Source of the DNA: an uncultured Acidobacteriota bacterium
Lineage (GTDB): Bacteria > Acidobacteriota > Blastocatellia > RBC074
NCBI GenBank assembly: GCA_963796275.1
Contig: CAWCKY010000006.1
Coordinates: 1,824,001 to 1,888,000 of the forward strand
DNA: 64,000 bases
Direction of reading: 5' to 3'
Below the pieces are notes generated by a model. That model searched no databases and had not been told where the DNA came from. It worked only from the letters and a program-made list of their open reading frames with translations. The position numbers and the translations under genes were made by a program. Below, piece by piece: positions 28,736 through 39,788 of this stretch (its first letter is position 1; each line of letters opens with the position of its first letter).

Positions 28736-30913
28736 ATGAAGATAGAGAGATATCCGGTTATCCTCCTGATTTGCTTTCTTTGCAGCCTCACCGCGAGCGG
28801 TCTGTCTCAATCGAACAGTACTCTCCGCGGCACAGTTACCCTCGGTGATACGGGAAAACCAGTCCACAATGTGCGAGTGACGATCAATCAACTGAAGCGA
28901 TCTATTGAAACCGGGGAAGACGGAACTTTTGAATTTTCGAACATCCCTGCGGGTAAATATGATGTGACAGCCCACATGGACTTCGCGCCCGATATCGTTA
29001 AAAGTATAGAAGTCGGTGCCGGAGAATCGGCAACCGCCGATTTTCGAATCGAATTATCATCAGTGCGTGAGCAGGTGACGGTCACGGCTACCGGAAGCGA
29101 AGAAACGACTTTCAACTCGATACAATCAGTGACTGTCGTGGGCTCGCAGGAATTGGCGAAGAAGAATCCGGTCTCACTCGGAGAAGCGCTCGATTTCGAG
29201 TTGGGAGTGGCAAAGCGAAGTTTCGGCCCGGGTACTTCGCGCCCTGTTATACGCGGTTTCGACGGCGATCGCGTTCTCGTGTTGCAGGACGGCCAGCGAA
29301 TCGGCGCACTCGGCTTCCAATCGGGCGATCACAGCGAACCGGTAGATTTACTGGGTGCGGATAGGGTCGAAGTCGTCAGAGGACCGGCGACGCTTCTCTA
29401 CGGCAGCAGCGCGCTCGGCGGCGTGGTCAACGTGATCTCCGCACACGAATCGGCGCACGAGGGATTGCGCGGCTTCATAACGGGAATAGGCAGCACCAAT
29501 AACTACCAGGGCGGCGGCAGCGCCGGGATCGAATATGGCAAGGGAAACTGGTTGTTCTGGGGCAATGGCGGGGGACAACGAGCGGGTGATTACGCTACTC
29601 CGCTGGGCCGCGTAACTAACTCATACACGCGGGACGGCAATGGATCGGGAGGATTCGGTTATTTCGGTAAAGGCTGGCTCAGTGCCGATCTGGCTTATGA
29701 CAATCGCAAGTACGGCATCCCGTTCGATTCGAGTGAAGCGGCGCCTGAGGTTGTCTTCTTGACGCCGCGCAGAACCGGCCTACAGTTCAAAGGCGGATGG
29801 CGTGACAGTGAGAGATTTATGAGCGCCGGTCAGTTTTCACTCGCTTATAACAATTATAAGCACGATGAAGTAGAGTCCGCCTCCGGGGCCATTGGCACAT
29901 CATTCCGGAACAATTCCTACCTCTATCGTGGATTGATAGATGAACGGCGGACTGGCCGCCTCACCGGCAGCTTTGGTTTCTGGGGTATGCACCGCGATTA
30001 TGAGTCGATCGGTGAAGAGGCGCTGGCACCGCCCACAAAGAACAACGCAATTGCACTCTTCACTCTGCAGACGCTCGATTTCGACCGCGCCGTGCTGCAG
30101 TTTGGCGGACGATTTGAGCGAAATGCATATAAGCCAGATGGACTGGTGGATCGATCATTCAATGGATTTTCGGGATCGGCTGGGTTGCGCGTACCGCTGG
30201 TGGCAGGCACCGCTTTTGTCGCCAATTTCACGCACGCCTACCGCGCGCCCGGTCTGGAAGAACTCTATAACAACGGACCGCACCCGGGAAATGCGGTATT
30301 CGAAATTGGCAACCCAAACCTCGGGCGCGAGCGCAGCAGCGGTATCGATCTTTCCTTACGCCATTCGAGCGGGCGGCTGCGCGCCGAAGGAAATTTCTTC
30401 TACTACCACATCGACAACTTCATTTTCCTGGCGCCGACCGGCGACGTCGATGACAGCCTGCCGGTAGCCAATTATGCGCAGGGAGACGCCCGCTACGTGG
30501 GGGCGGAAGCCCGGCTGGATGTCGGACTGACGCGCAATATCTGGCTGTTGTCGGGTCTCGATTATGTCAACGCCGAACTGAAGGATACCAACACGCCGCT
30601 CCCGCGCATCCCGCCTTTGCGCGGCCGCATCGGGTTGGAGGCACTCTATAAAGGCTTTCGCATCAACCCCGAAGTAGTCATGGCTGGCGATCAAAACCGC
30701 ATATTCCCGCTCGAGTCGCGCACTGCCGGTTATGCCACGGCCAACTTGTCGGCTTCCTACACATTCGCGCGGCAGCACGTAGCGCAGACAATTTCAGTAA
30801 ATGCATTCAACTTGAATAATAAGCTCTATTTCAATCATCTCTCGTTCATCAAGAATTTCGCGCCGGAGATCGGGCGAGGGGTGAGGCTGGTTTACACGAT
30901 CAGGTTCTTTTGA
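28736..30913 (+). CDS. TonB-dependent receptor, ZnuD-like metal transporter
   Basis: Signal peptide, SFGPGTSRPVIRGFDGDRV, SGDH, EVVRGPATLLYGS, RAP..EELY..GPH, RIPP, C-terminal Phe. Confidence 0.88.
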   Translation: MKIERYPVILLICFLCSLTASGLSQSNSTLRGTVTLGDTGKPVHNVRVTINQLKRSIETGEDGTFEFSNIPAGKYDVTAHMDFAPDIVKSIEVGAGESATADFRIELSSVREQVTVTATGSEETTFNSIQSVTVVGSQELAKKNPVSLGEALDFELGVAKRSFGPGTSRPVIRGFDGDRVLVLQDGQRIGALGFQSGDHSEPVDLLGADRVEVVRGPATLLYGSSALGGVVNVISAHESAHEGLRGFITGIGSTNNYQGGGSAGIEYGKGNWLFWGNGGGQRAGDYATPLGRVTNSYTRDGNGSGGFGYFGKGWLSADLAYDNRKYGIPFDSSEAAPEVVFLTPRRTGLQFKGGWRDSERFMSAGQFSLAYNNYKHDEVESASGAIGTSFRNNSYLYRGLIDERRTGRLTGSFGFWGMHRDYESIGEEALAPPTKNNAIALFTLQTLDFDRAVLQFGGRFERNAYKPDGLVDRSFNGFSGSAGLRVPLVAGTAFVANFTHAYRAPGLEELYNNGPHPGNAVFEIGNPNLGRERSSGIDLSLRHSSGRLRAEGNFFYYHIDNFIFLAPTGDVDDSLPVANYAQGDARYVGAEARLDVGLTRNIWLLSGLDYVNAELKDTNTPLPRIPPLRGRIGLEALYKGFRINPEVVMAGDQNRIFPLESRTAGYATANLSASYTFARQHVAQTISVNAFNLNNKLYFNHLSFIKNFAPEIGRGVRLVYTIRFF

Positions 30914-30953
30914 CATTTATTTCCCGATCTCCGGTCGTTCGTCAAGAAATTTA

Positions 30954-33900
30954 CTAAAAGCTGTATTTCACGGCCAATTGAAACTGGCGCGGAAAGTTAT
31001 TCTGCCGTTGTGTGCTCTTATTGATGGCCCCGAATTCGGCCGAGTTAACGTCGCGGTTATAGTTGATCCGATTAAACATCGGTGTGTTGAATAGATTGAA
31101 CGCTTCTATGCGCAGTTGCAGCGTATGTTTCTCGCGGATTCGCCAATTCTTGGCGAAGTTGACGTCGATCTGGGTGAATACGGGTCGGCGGAACCTGGCG
31201 TCGCGCAGCGGCGCGGTGTACGTCTCGTAGGCCTCCACGACTCTGAAATTGGCAGCCGTGCATCCGTAACTGATCGAACTCGGTGTCAAAATATATTTTC
31301 CGAAATTTGAGTTGCTCTGATTATTCTCACGCCGCTCCACACATGGCTTGAAGGCCAGCATATACTCTTCTCCATTGATCGTTCTCGCTCTCTCTGACTT
31401 CGAGAGTTCACCGCCTCCCAGATAGACTATGGGGAGATTGTCTTCGGGGTTGGGGAAGTCCCACGGGCGTCCCGATTCCCGGATAATAGCGCCGGCCATC
31501 TCCCATCCGCCGAAGACCGCGTTGAGCGCTCGGGGCATCCCTCTGAAAAACCGCTTGTCTCTTCCGACCGGCAGAAAAAAGATACCGGCGAGGGTGATCC
31601 TGTGCGGTCGATCTTCGCTCGCCAGCCCCCTGCTCTCGCCGCGAGTCAGCCGGTAATCCTCGGTGACCGTGCCCGGAACTCTCTCCATGGCCTTTGAGAA
31701 GGTATAACTCGCATTCAACGACAGGCCATTAGACAATCTTCTGTTGGCGACCACTTGCAGTGAGTTATACCAGGATCTGCCTTCGTTCCTCTCCGTCTCC
31801 GTGATCCTGTTGAAGTGGGGAAACGGCCTCATCAGAAGGTAGCGGTCGCGACTGGAATCGTTGAACAATCCGGTCCCCTCGAATCCCGACACGTTACGGA
31901 ACGGATTGGTCAGGTCCTGATCACAGTAATTGCGATCGCCGCCGCGCGTCACATCACACAAACTTCGAAGATCGGCGCTCGGCTCATTGATACCTCCATA
32001 AGAAGATTGCAGTTTATATCCCTGCGTGCCCACATAACTCATCTCGAATACCGTCTTCCACCCGAGTTGACGCTGGAAGCCGAATGAAAAGCTGTGAACA
32101 TATGGTATTTCAAAATTGGGATTGGAGTAACTGATGCTTTGTCCCAGAGATGTCTCCAGCCCACGGCTGGTCCCTGGAGGAATGAGAACTCCGTTCGGGA
32201 AGAAACGGTTCAAATCGGCGATCGGCGTGCGACCCCCGTCTGTTGAAGCCACCAGCGGAGTCGTTATGCTGAAGCCCGCGCCGTGACCCTGGGGCGTAGG
32301 GTTGAGATAAAAACGGCCGATTCCCCCGCGCACGACCGTCTTCTCGGTAAGACTGAATGCAAATCCGATACGCGGTTGGAAATTGTTCGTATCGAACTTC
32401 CATGCCGTACCCGGGCTGTCATCGAGATTGAGGAACCGTAGACCTCCGTTGAGCTGGGTGTAGGTAGGGAATGTGGCTCCATCGATTCGCTGCGAGACGG
32501 GATTTATTTGTGACGGATCGAAGATGTAGCTCCGCCTGTCGAACCGCTCCTTTACCGGAGTATTGAAATCCCACCGCGCGCCCAAATTGATGGTCAATCG
32601 CGGATTAACCTTCCAATCAAACTGCGTCCAAGGCGCATAGTATTTCCACATATAGATCGGAGCGGCGTTGTAAACGATACTGCCGCCTGCAACCGCTCCG
32701 AGCAGAAACGATGCGACCGTATGCCCGGTGGGATCATTGCCGTCGTTATAAATTCTTCTGGTGAAGTTACGGTTGAAATTTAGGCTGATGACATCTCCGC
32801 TATTGTTGTTGCCATACTGCGTATATCTCATGTCCAAACCCGACCTGATAGTCAGGTTGCCGCGCATCCAGATGACGTTGGGCTGGAATGTGAAGCCATT
32901 GGTCGGTTCAACGACAAATTGGCCGCGCCCCAATCGAACGTAACCGCTGCCGAGCTCGATTCTGGGAAATATTTTTGCCGGGGCTTGGTCCGCCAGAGAT
33001 TGGGGAAAGCCGAGCTCAGTCAGATTGAAATTCAGTCCGGCGCCCGTCGACGCGTCTTCGACAAAGCGATTGGCCGACGCGCGCATGTTGAGGACCAGAC
33101 TCGTATTGAATGTGTGTACCCAATCCACTACGCTGCTATGGTTGATGCGAATCAAGGGAAGCTGGCCATATTGCGCCGGTCCATCGGTAATGCCATTCTG
33201 GTGGCGCATCTCCGTGCGCTTGTTGTGACCATAACGGAAATAAACCTTATCGTTCTCGCTAATACGGCGATCGATCTTGAACGCCCAGTTGGTGAAATCG
33301 TCACGGGCCATATTCGGGATATCCGAGTAATTGTTGCGCCAGGGTTCCCCGCTTTTTGCATTCTGATTTGATTTGGGGTAGTAGAGCATCAATTTTTTGG
33401 CGAGAGGATGGATCATGTAATCCGGAATTATGTTGTTCTCGAACTGATCGCGCACCCACTGAGTCCCGACCATATGTGTCGTATACGGATTATATATCGG
33501 GATCAGGGCTCCAGTTGCGTCCGTCAGATTCCTGAAATCGCCGCGCAGGAACTCGTCGGTCGGAACGGTCCTGACCTCGGGGTTGGGTGATTGTTCGTTG
33601 TAATCTTCGAAGCTGAAGAGAAAAAAGGTCTTGTTACGTCCATTGTAGAGCTTGGGGATCCAAATGGGGCCGTTAATCTGAAATCCGTACTGGTCGAGCA
33701 GATGCGGTGCATCCGATAGCGTGCCGTCGATGTTTTGAAATTGACCGGCCGGTATGCCTCTGTAATTCGATACCAGGTAATTGGCATCCATAAAATTACG
33801 CCGGGCGAATTCGTAAACAGACCCATGAAACGAATTGCTGCCCGATTTGAGAGAGACGTTGATAACGCCGCCCGAAGTCCTTCCGTATTGAGCATCGTAG

Positions 33901-34586
33901 GCATTGGTTACAATCTTGAATTCCTGAACGGCATCGACCGGCGGCACCATACCGATGTTGTTTCCGCCACCGACCATTGCATTGTTGGGTGCGCCATCCA
34001 ACATAAACTCGTTATTCCGGCTGGGGGTTCCATTGAATGAGAATGTACCTACAGCACCGTTATCAAACGGACGCTGGTAGATATTGTCTCCATCGAAAGT
34101 AACGCCGGGCGTGAGGGCGGCCAGCATGAACGGGTTGCGGGCGTTGAGCGGTAATTCTGTGATAATGCTGTTGTCGATCACCGTCCCGCGATCGGCATTG
34201 CCCTGTTCCAGCAGGGGATCTTCCGCTGTAATATTGATGGTCTCATTCGCAGCGCCCAATTCAAGCTCTATATTGATAGTCGCAGTCTGCCCGACCTGCA
34301 GCCCCTGTTTGGAGCGCGTATATTTCTTGAATCCTATAGCTTCGACTGTAATCGAATAGGAGCCGGGATTGAGGAATGGCACAGTGTAGTTACCTGCGGT
34401 ATCGGTCCTTACTCTCACCACTTCATTCGTCCCTAGATTCGTTACCATTACCACTGCACCGGGAATCACGGCTTTATCAGGGTCAGTAACTTTACCATTG
34501 ACTACGGCGCGAAATTCCTGTGCGAAGGCGACTTGAGCGATTAAATAGACAAGTAGACATGTGACTATGAGTTGCAGGTGCTTCAT
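30954..34586 (-). CDS. TonB-dependent receptor, Oar-like, with carboxypeptidase-regulatory-like domain
   Basis: AQEFRA, GKVTDP..AVIPGA, LPLNARNPF, DAVQEFK, KSGSNSFHG, PRQFQLAVKYSF; AGGAGG RBS. Confidence 0.92.
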   Translation of the reverse strand: MKHLQLIVTCLLVYLIAQVAFAQEFRAVVNGKVTDPDKAVIPGAVVMVTNLGTNEVVRVRTDTAGNYTVPFLNPGSYSITVEAIGFKKYTRSKQGLQVGQTATINIELELGAANETINITAEDPLLEQGNADRGTVIDNSIITELPLNARNPFMLAALTPGVTFDGDNIYQRPFDNGAVGTFSFNGTPSRNNEFMLDGAPNNAMVGGGNNIGMVPPVDAVQEFKIVTNAYDAQYGRTSGGVINVSLKSGSNSFHGSVYEFARRNFMDANYLVSNYRGIPAGQFQNIDGTLSDAPHLLDQYGFQINGPIWIPKLYNGRNKTFFLFSFEDYNEQSPNPEVRTVPTDEFLRGDFRNLTDATGALIPIYNPYTTHMVGTQWVRDQFENNIIPDYMIHPLAKKLMLYYPKSNQNAKSGEPWRNNYSDIPNMARDDFTNWAFKIDRRISENDKVYFRYGHNKRTEMRHQNGITDGPAQYGQLPLIRINHSSVVDWVHTFNTSLVLNMRASANRFVEDASTGAGLNFNLTELGFPQSLADQAPAKIFPRIELGSGYVRLGRGQFVVEPTNGFTFQPNVIWMRGNLTIRSGLDMRYTQYGNNNSGDVISLNFNRNFTRRIYNDGNDPTGHTVASFLLGAVAGGSIVYNAAPIYMWKYYAPWTQFDWKVNPRLTINLGARWDFNTPVKERFDRRSYIFDPSQINPVSQRIDGATFPTYTQLNGGLRFLNLDDSPGTAWKFDTNNFQPRIGFAFSLTEKTVVRGGIGRFYLNPTPQGHGAGFSITTPLVASTDGGRTPIADLNRFFPNGVLIPPGTSRGLETSLGQSISYSNPNFEIPYVHSFSFGFQRQLGWKTVFEMSYVGTQGYKLQSSYGGINEPSADLRSLCDVTRGGDRNYCDQDLTNPFRNVSGFEGTGLFNDSSRDRYLLMRPFPHFNRITETERNEGRSWYNSLQVVANRRLSNGLSLNASYTFSKAMERVPGTVTEDYRLTRGESRGLASEDRPHRITLAGIFFLPVGRDKRFFRGMPRALNAVFGGWEMAGAIIRESGRPWDFPNPEDNLPIVYLGGGELSKSERARTINGEEYMLAFKPCVERRENNQSNSNFGKYILTPSSISYGCTAANFRVVEAYETYTAPLRDARFRRPVFTQIDVNFAKNWRIREKHTLQLRIEAFNLFNTPMFNRINYNRDVNSAEFGAINKSTQRQNNFPRQFQLAVKYSF

Positions 34587-34695
34587 TGGGTGATCCTCCT
34601 GATTCTTACATCAGAAACTATGACAATGCTGACCCTGATTGAACGCGGATAGTTGCTATGATTTGTTGAGCTCGTCTTGATGCCTACCGATTTGG

Positions 34696-34844
34696 GATAC
34701 GGCTATCGGCAAAGCTTGAGCTAACGCAATGGTGCGTACGAAGATTGGTAAAGCTCGAGCGCCTTCTACTCATGCAAGTAGAAACGCTGTAGATTTTTAA
34801 ATAGAAGCTGTGTGGGGTTTCATCCGGTAATTGATACGGCTATC
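34696..34844. promoter_or_regulatory. Two identical GATACGGCTATC palindromic sites upstream of the TBDT
   Basis: Copies at 34696-34707 and 34833-34844, 137 bp apart. Confidence 0.45.
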
Positions 34845-35130
34845 TCCGGAAGTCGGCGGCATATTAGTCATTACTGAAAACAAAGTCAATCGGAAGATGC
34901 GTCATGGCGGTGAAATAGTTTACGACTCGCGCACTACGTCTTGTTTTACAGCTGATAATTTCAAGGTAAAACATCTACGAACCACCGGATGGGGAGCTTA
35001 GATGTATCCATGGAACACGCGACCGAGAAGCGATAAGCCCTGTAATATAGCAGTCGGCGCCACTGTTGAGCGTACGAGTCGTGGGGCGACGACGTCATTG
35101 AAAAAAAAGATACAACGATGGATTGCTGCT

Positions 35131-35173
35131 AATACCACCGACGGCAGTCAGCGGATCGTTAATTCCGACCTAC
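35131..35173. repeat. REP-like palindrome, left arm
   Basis: AATACCACCGACGGCAGTCAGCGGATCGTTAA; an inverted copy lies at about 36013-36058. Confidence 0.65.
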
Positions 35174-35314
35174 ACCCTTACCCAGTCCTGTCCCATTGAA
35201 TATCCGCTGAAAACAGGCCAGTTATTTGAAGGGTGTGCAAATAAAATATATGGAATCAGTCGAGTGGAATTCAAAGGGCGAGTGCGTAAGTCTCATTCAC
35301 CGCAAAAGCGCGCA

Positions 35315-35743
35315 TTATGGCGCAACATCACCGTTACCGGGCCGAGCTGTGAGATATTTGTCGAAGACGTAGCATACGCCGATGCTGCAGGCAAACGCGA
35401 CGACGTCGTAGAGATCGAAGCGCCCTGCAAACACGCCTCCCGGCCAATAACGCTGGCTCACCTCAGTCAATGCACCCGCGAGGAATATCACGAGAGCCGC
35501 AGTCTCCGGGCGCGAACCAATTGTGCGATTGAGTACCGAAGCCCGGCCTGACCCAGGAAGATCGCGGGCAATTATGTAGAGCCACCCAGGTTGCGTGAGG
35601 TCGGCGCCATAGTTTGTGACGAAGCCCCCGCGAACCCGGTTCATCACTAAGGCGGCACATCCCAACCAAGCGGCAAGCAGCGCCCAGGAGGCGATCCGCC
35701 AGATGCGGGCATGTCGTTCGGGCTCAGCTATAGCTCGTTGCAT
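35315..35743 (-). CDS. Hypothetical membrane protein
   Basis: Several hydrophobic helices; E-x-SQ...G-x-FD-x-x-D motif as seen in VanZ/DUF2809-like small membrane proteins. Confidence 0.65.
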   Translation of the reverse strand: MQRAIAEPERHARIWRIASWALLAAWLGCAALVMNRVRGGFVTNYGADLTQPGWLYIIARDLPGSGRASVLNRTIGSRPETAALVIFLAGALTEVSQRYWPGGVFAGRFDLYDVVAFACSIGVCYVFDKYLTARPGNGDVAP

Positions 35744-35913
35744 TGATAGGTCCCTCTGTCAGAGGGGCGATAAAAAAACAACCGACCATATTTATAGCGC
35801 CCCCAAACTTTTCAAACTGAACTTTCAGCAATCGGGAAGGCAGATAACCTACGATCAACCCGGCGCTGAGCATCTTCTCATTCTATATCAGACCACATAG
35901 AGATTGGGACAAT

Positions 35914-36058
35914 GGACCACGGATTTTCGCGGATGCGACGGATTAAACGCGGCTTTTTCCGCGGCGATCCGTTGCATCCGTATGTTCCGTGGTCGATCCT
36001 GGTGTCCCAAAGCTATGTTGGACCTTAACGATCCACCGACTGCCGTCGATGGGATTTA
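35914..36058. repeat. REP-like palindromes
   Basis: GACCACGGA...GGATGCGACGGAT / ATCCGTTGCATCC...TCCGTGGTC stem, then AACGATCCACCGACTGCCGTCGATGGGATT. Confidence 0.65.
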
Positions 36059-36147
36059 GGAGTTGCATCTATAATTTAAAGACACATCGCTAGAGGTCTG
36101 GCAAAATTTTAAGGACCTCTTATTGGACTCATCAGATAGGGTCGCGG

Positions 36148-38218
36148 TTATTCGCATCTCAGAACGATCATCGGATCCACTTTCATTGCCCGTCGCGCTG
36201 GTATCCAGCAAGCCAGAAGAGTGATCAATACCAGCAATAACGCAACCAGGGTTATCGTCAGAGGGTCGGTCACGCTTACGCCAAACAACAGCGGTTTCAT
36301 CAGCTGCATCAGCGCTAGCGCCCCGCCCAACCCAATAAAAATACCGGCTAGCGCCAGCCCTAGTCCCTGTCCCACCACCAGCCTCAACACATCGCCGGGT
36401 TGCGCGCCCAACGCCATCCGAATACCGATCTCGTTCATACGCTGACTGATCGCATATGAAACCACACCATAAAGACCTACTGCAGCGAGCGTCAGTGCGA
36501 CGGCGGCAAAAATACTCAGCAGATACATCGTGAACCGCCGCTGGTTCAGTACTCCTCCAAGCACCTCATCCATGGTTCGGATGTTATATATCAAAGGCTC
36601 TCGGTCGAGTCTTCTAACTTCACTTCGTACTGCCGAAACCATGCTCATCGGGTTATCCTGAGCACGCACAAGGAGGGCCATCGAAGGCCAGGTGTGGGGC
36701 ACATAGATCGTTGGGTAACTCTCTTTTTCCATTGCCTCATGCTTGACGTCGGCGACCACACCAGCAATGGTCATCCAGGGCGTGAACGGACTCTGCGGGA
36801 GGCCCAAAGATATCTGCTGGCCGATCGGATATTGATCGCGGAAATATTGCCGCGCCAGCGATTGATTGATTAGCACCGCCTTCGGGTTGTCCTGCCTATC
36901 TTGTTCAGTGAGTGGCCGGCCGAGCACAAGTGGGATACCCATTGTCTCAATGTATCGGTCGCCAACATACAATATATTGGCATCCACTACCATCTCCGGT
37001 GGTGGCGCCGGACGCCCGGCGATATTGAAAACAATAGCACCGCGCCCACCGCTAAGCGGCAAATGACTGACCGCCGTGACTGATACGACCCCTGGCAGCC
37101 CGCGAACGTTCTCAATGAGTTGCTGGTAAAATAGTCACCAGGTGGTTGGCATCATATTTCGTTTGCGGCAGCGCGATTTGCAGCGTCAGCAAATTCTCCC
37201 GGTTGAACCCGGAATCAAGATTCATCAGCTGATGCAGGCTTTTGATGGTCAGGGCTGCACCGACCAGCAGGATCAAAGAGAGTGCCACTTCAGCCACCAC
37301 CAGGGCACGACGTAGTCGGAACCGCCCGCTACTCGCTCCACCAACGCGGTACCCTGATTTTAGAACTTCGTTCAGGTCGAGTCTCGAAAACTGGAGTGCT
37401 GGCACAAGACCGAAGAACACACCAGTCGCTAACGAGAGCAAAGCGGTAAAACCTAATACGCGTCCGTCAACGCCGATCTCGCTCAAGCGGGGAATGTCAT
37501 CCGGCCCGAGTCTCACAATTACATCAGTTCCCAAAAGTGCAAGCAGCCCTCCCGCTATACCACCCAACAATGCCAGAATAATACTTTCAGTAAGGAATTG
37601 ACGTATTAGTTGCGTCGCTGCCAGAGGCCGTAGCTGAGAATGGCAACACGCAGAGCGCCTCGACGCTCATCCTCTGGCAAGAAACCGCGTCCGAGGATGG
37701 GCCGAATACGCAGTGCAGTAAAGAAATCAGAGGTGACGGCAGCACCAGTCAGCAGTTCTGGTTCTTCCCCACTGGTGTAGCTGAAGCTTCGCCCGGTAGT
37801 TGCGGTTATTTGCTCAAAGCTCCGACTTTGATCTCGCCAGTCTACCAAGTCCGGGAGCGAAACCTCTTCGCGACCGATCTGTGGATGGGTACCCCGAATA
37901 ACGACTAGCCGGTCGGGGATCTTCATACGGGAGTGGACGAAACAGCACAGCATTGGCGACACTGAAGATCGTCGTATTCGCACCAATTCCGAGCGCAAGT
38001 ATTATCATCGAGACAACTGTGAACCCGGGATTATTTAATAACATTCTCACGCTATAGCGGAGGTCCAGCCACAAAGTGTCCAACCAACTGCCCCTCACCT
38101 CAAAGCCCTGTTCTTTAGCAGGCTTATCAATTTGGAACTGCGCTTCATCCGTTTGGTGAATCAGCCCGGTGCGTACAAGGTTGTGTACCCGATGGAACAA
38201 GCTCTTCAGCCATCTCAT
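36148..38218 (-). pseudogene. ADOP/MacB-FtsX-type ABC permease pseudogene
   Basis: Four ORF fragments: DLRYSVRML...ALGIGANT...RPLPYEDP / DRLV...LSYGLWQRR / LTES..LALLGG...LVVAEVALS / EIGIRMALGA...WIPARRAMKVDPMIVLRCE. Frameshifts near 37915 and 37130, and a large deletion at about 37612. Confidence 0.88.
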
Positions 38219-38404
38219 GATCAAAGCCCCCTTACGATCGTTTGCATTGCCTTGTTGATGACAAGCGCGCATCATTGCCAGCCATCTTCTTACCTATAGG
38301 TCGTACAAAGACTCACGGTTCTATTGAAAATCGGTTTTCGAGATCGATGATATCAGCATTGCGAGCGTACGCGATGAGAGTCCCAACAATTTCAAAAAAG
38401 CGGT

Positions 38405-38827
38405 TTATTGACATTCAGTAGGGTCATTTAAGCCCATGCCGAATTGCAGCGTGGCGGCAGGGATGAGTCTAATCCGGCGTTTCAACGCCGGCACCGGTAT
38501 CCATCCTCGCGTAGCGACGGCGTGAATGTAGCCGTGGGTTTCAACCTGGTTTCAACCCACGGTAGACACGTGAGATTGTCCCGCGTCGCGTCAGCGACGC
38601 TTGACTCAACCGTCGCTGACGCGACGCGGAGCGTTTTACTGGCTTTCCGTGCGTTAAAACGCACGGCTACATTCACGCCGTCGCTACGCGACGAAGAAGG
38701 TGGACATTTCGTGCGAAAGTTTGGGCAATGACAAGGCTTTGAAATGCCAGGCTAAATCCATAGCGTCGCGACGCGGCGGAAGCGAAAGAGGCAATCTTTG
38801 TAAAACCGATTGCCTGAAGCTCAATAG
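38405..38827. mobile_element. MITE-like element (14-bp terminal inverted repeats) with nested REP palindromes, left copy
   Basis: Ends TTATTGACATTCAG (38405) and CTGAAGCTCAATAG (38814-38827); core CGCGTCGCGTCAGCGACG...CGTCGCTGACGCGACGCG; non-coding. Confidence 0.72.
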
Positions 38828-38972
38828 TATTTTCATATAATGGTCATCACACCCCTTCACGGTTCGTCGGACTAACTTTCGGGCTACCAGAGGTTACGCT
38901 TCGCACCACCTGGCAATTATCTGATGACCATTTACAAGACGCCTTTTAAAACTCGTTCTCAGGGAAGTTTGG

Positions 38973-39728
38973 TTATAACCTTATGCCAAAGTGCTCGCGT
39001 AGCATCTCCGCAAACTCTTCTTCATCGGTCAATAATCGCTCTTGTCGTTCGCCATGTGTGGTTGTGATAAAGCGCAACTCCCTCAACGTCACGCGACCAT
39101 CAGGCGTGGCTATCGAACAAAGCCGCCCCTGCGTGAAATGTGATAGGGGTGATGTCTGGTGAAAGCGGCACATCTCTTCGTAATCTGAATACTTATATGG
39201 CTGCAAACCGAAACGATATTGAGTCTTCCATTCACTCTCCGCTCTATCGTCGCGCCATATCAGATTCAGGTATGTCCCATCCGGGTCGATTCGATAAATG
39301 CGGTCGCCCTGCCGATGCTCACCTTTTTTATCGAGCGATAGCGGCTCAAGGAATGAATCTCCGAACCCGACATCAACGAGCCAGCGCTCGTCCAGTGTGA
39401 TCATCAACGCCATATGATCGAAATCCGGTCCGAATCCTCCTTCTGCTCTCGTAACTCTGGCTGAAAGCAAATTAACATTGAACCCGAGCGCGCGCAGGAG
39501 CGCGGCGAACAGACCGTTTGCTTCATAACAGAAACCGCCACGACGATGCACGACGATTTTCTCGAACAGAGCGTCATCATCGAGCACGATCGGTTGCCTG
39601 GCATGAATGCTAAGATTCTCGAAGGGGACGGCCAAAAGGTGCGCAACTTGTAAATCCCGCAATGTCTCGGCTGTGGGAGTGAAAGAGCCATGATAGTTGA
39701 TGCGGTCAAGATAAGCCTTGATATTCAT
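38973..39728 (-). CDS. nat: Arylamine N-acetyltransferase
   Basis: AYLDRI, VPFENL, RRGGFCYE (Cys), DHM (His), DVGFG (Asp), SP.SHF. Confidence 0.93.
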   Translation of the reverse strand: MNIKAYLDRINYHGSFTPTAETLRDLQVAHLLAVPFENLSIHARQPIVLDDDALFEKIVVHRRGGFCYEANGLFAALLRALGFNVNLLSARVTRAEGGFGPDFDHMALMITLDERWLVDVGFGDSFLEPLSLDKKGEHRQGDRIYRIDPDGTYLNLIWRDDRAESEWKTQYRFGLQPYKYSDYEEMCRFHQTSPLSHFTQGRLCSIATPDGRVTLRELRFITTTHGERQERLLTDEEEFAEMLREHFGIRL

Positions 39729-39788
39729 ATGGACGCTCTTCTTAGACTGGTTATCTCAGCGGTTTTCAGATGAAACTGCATTACTAAT

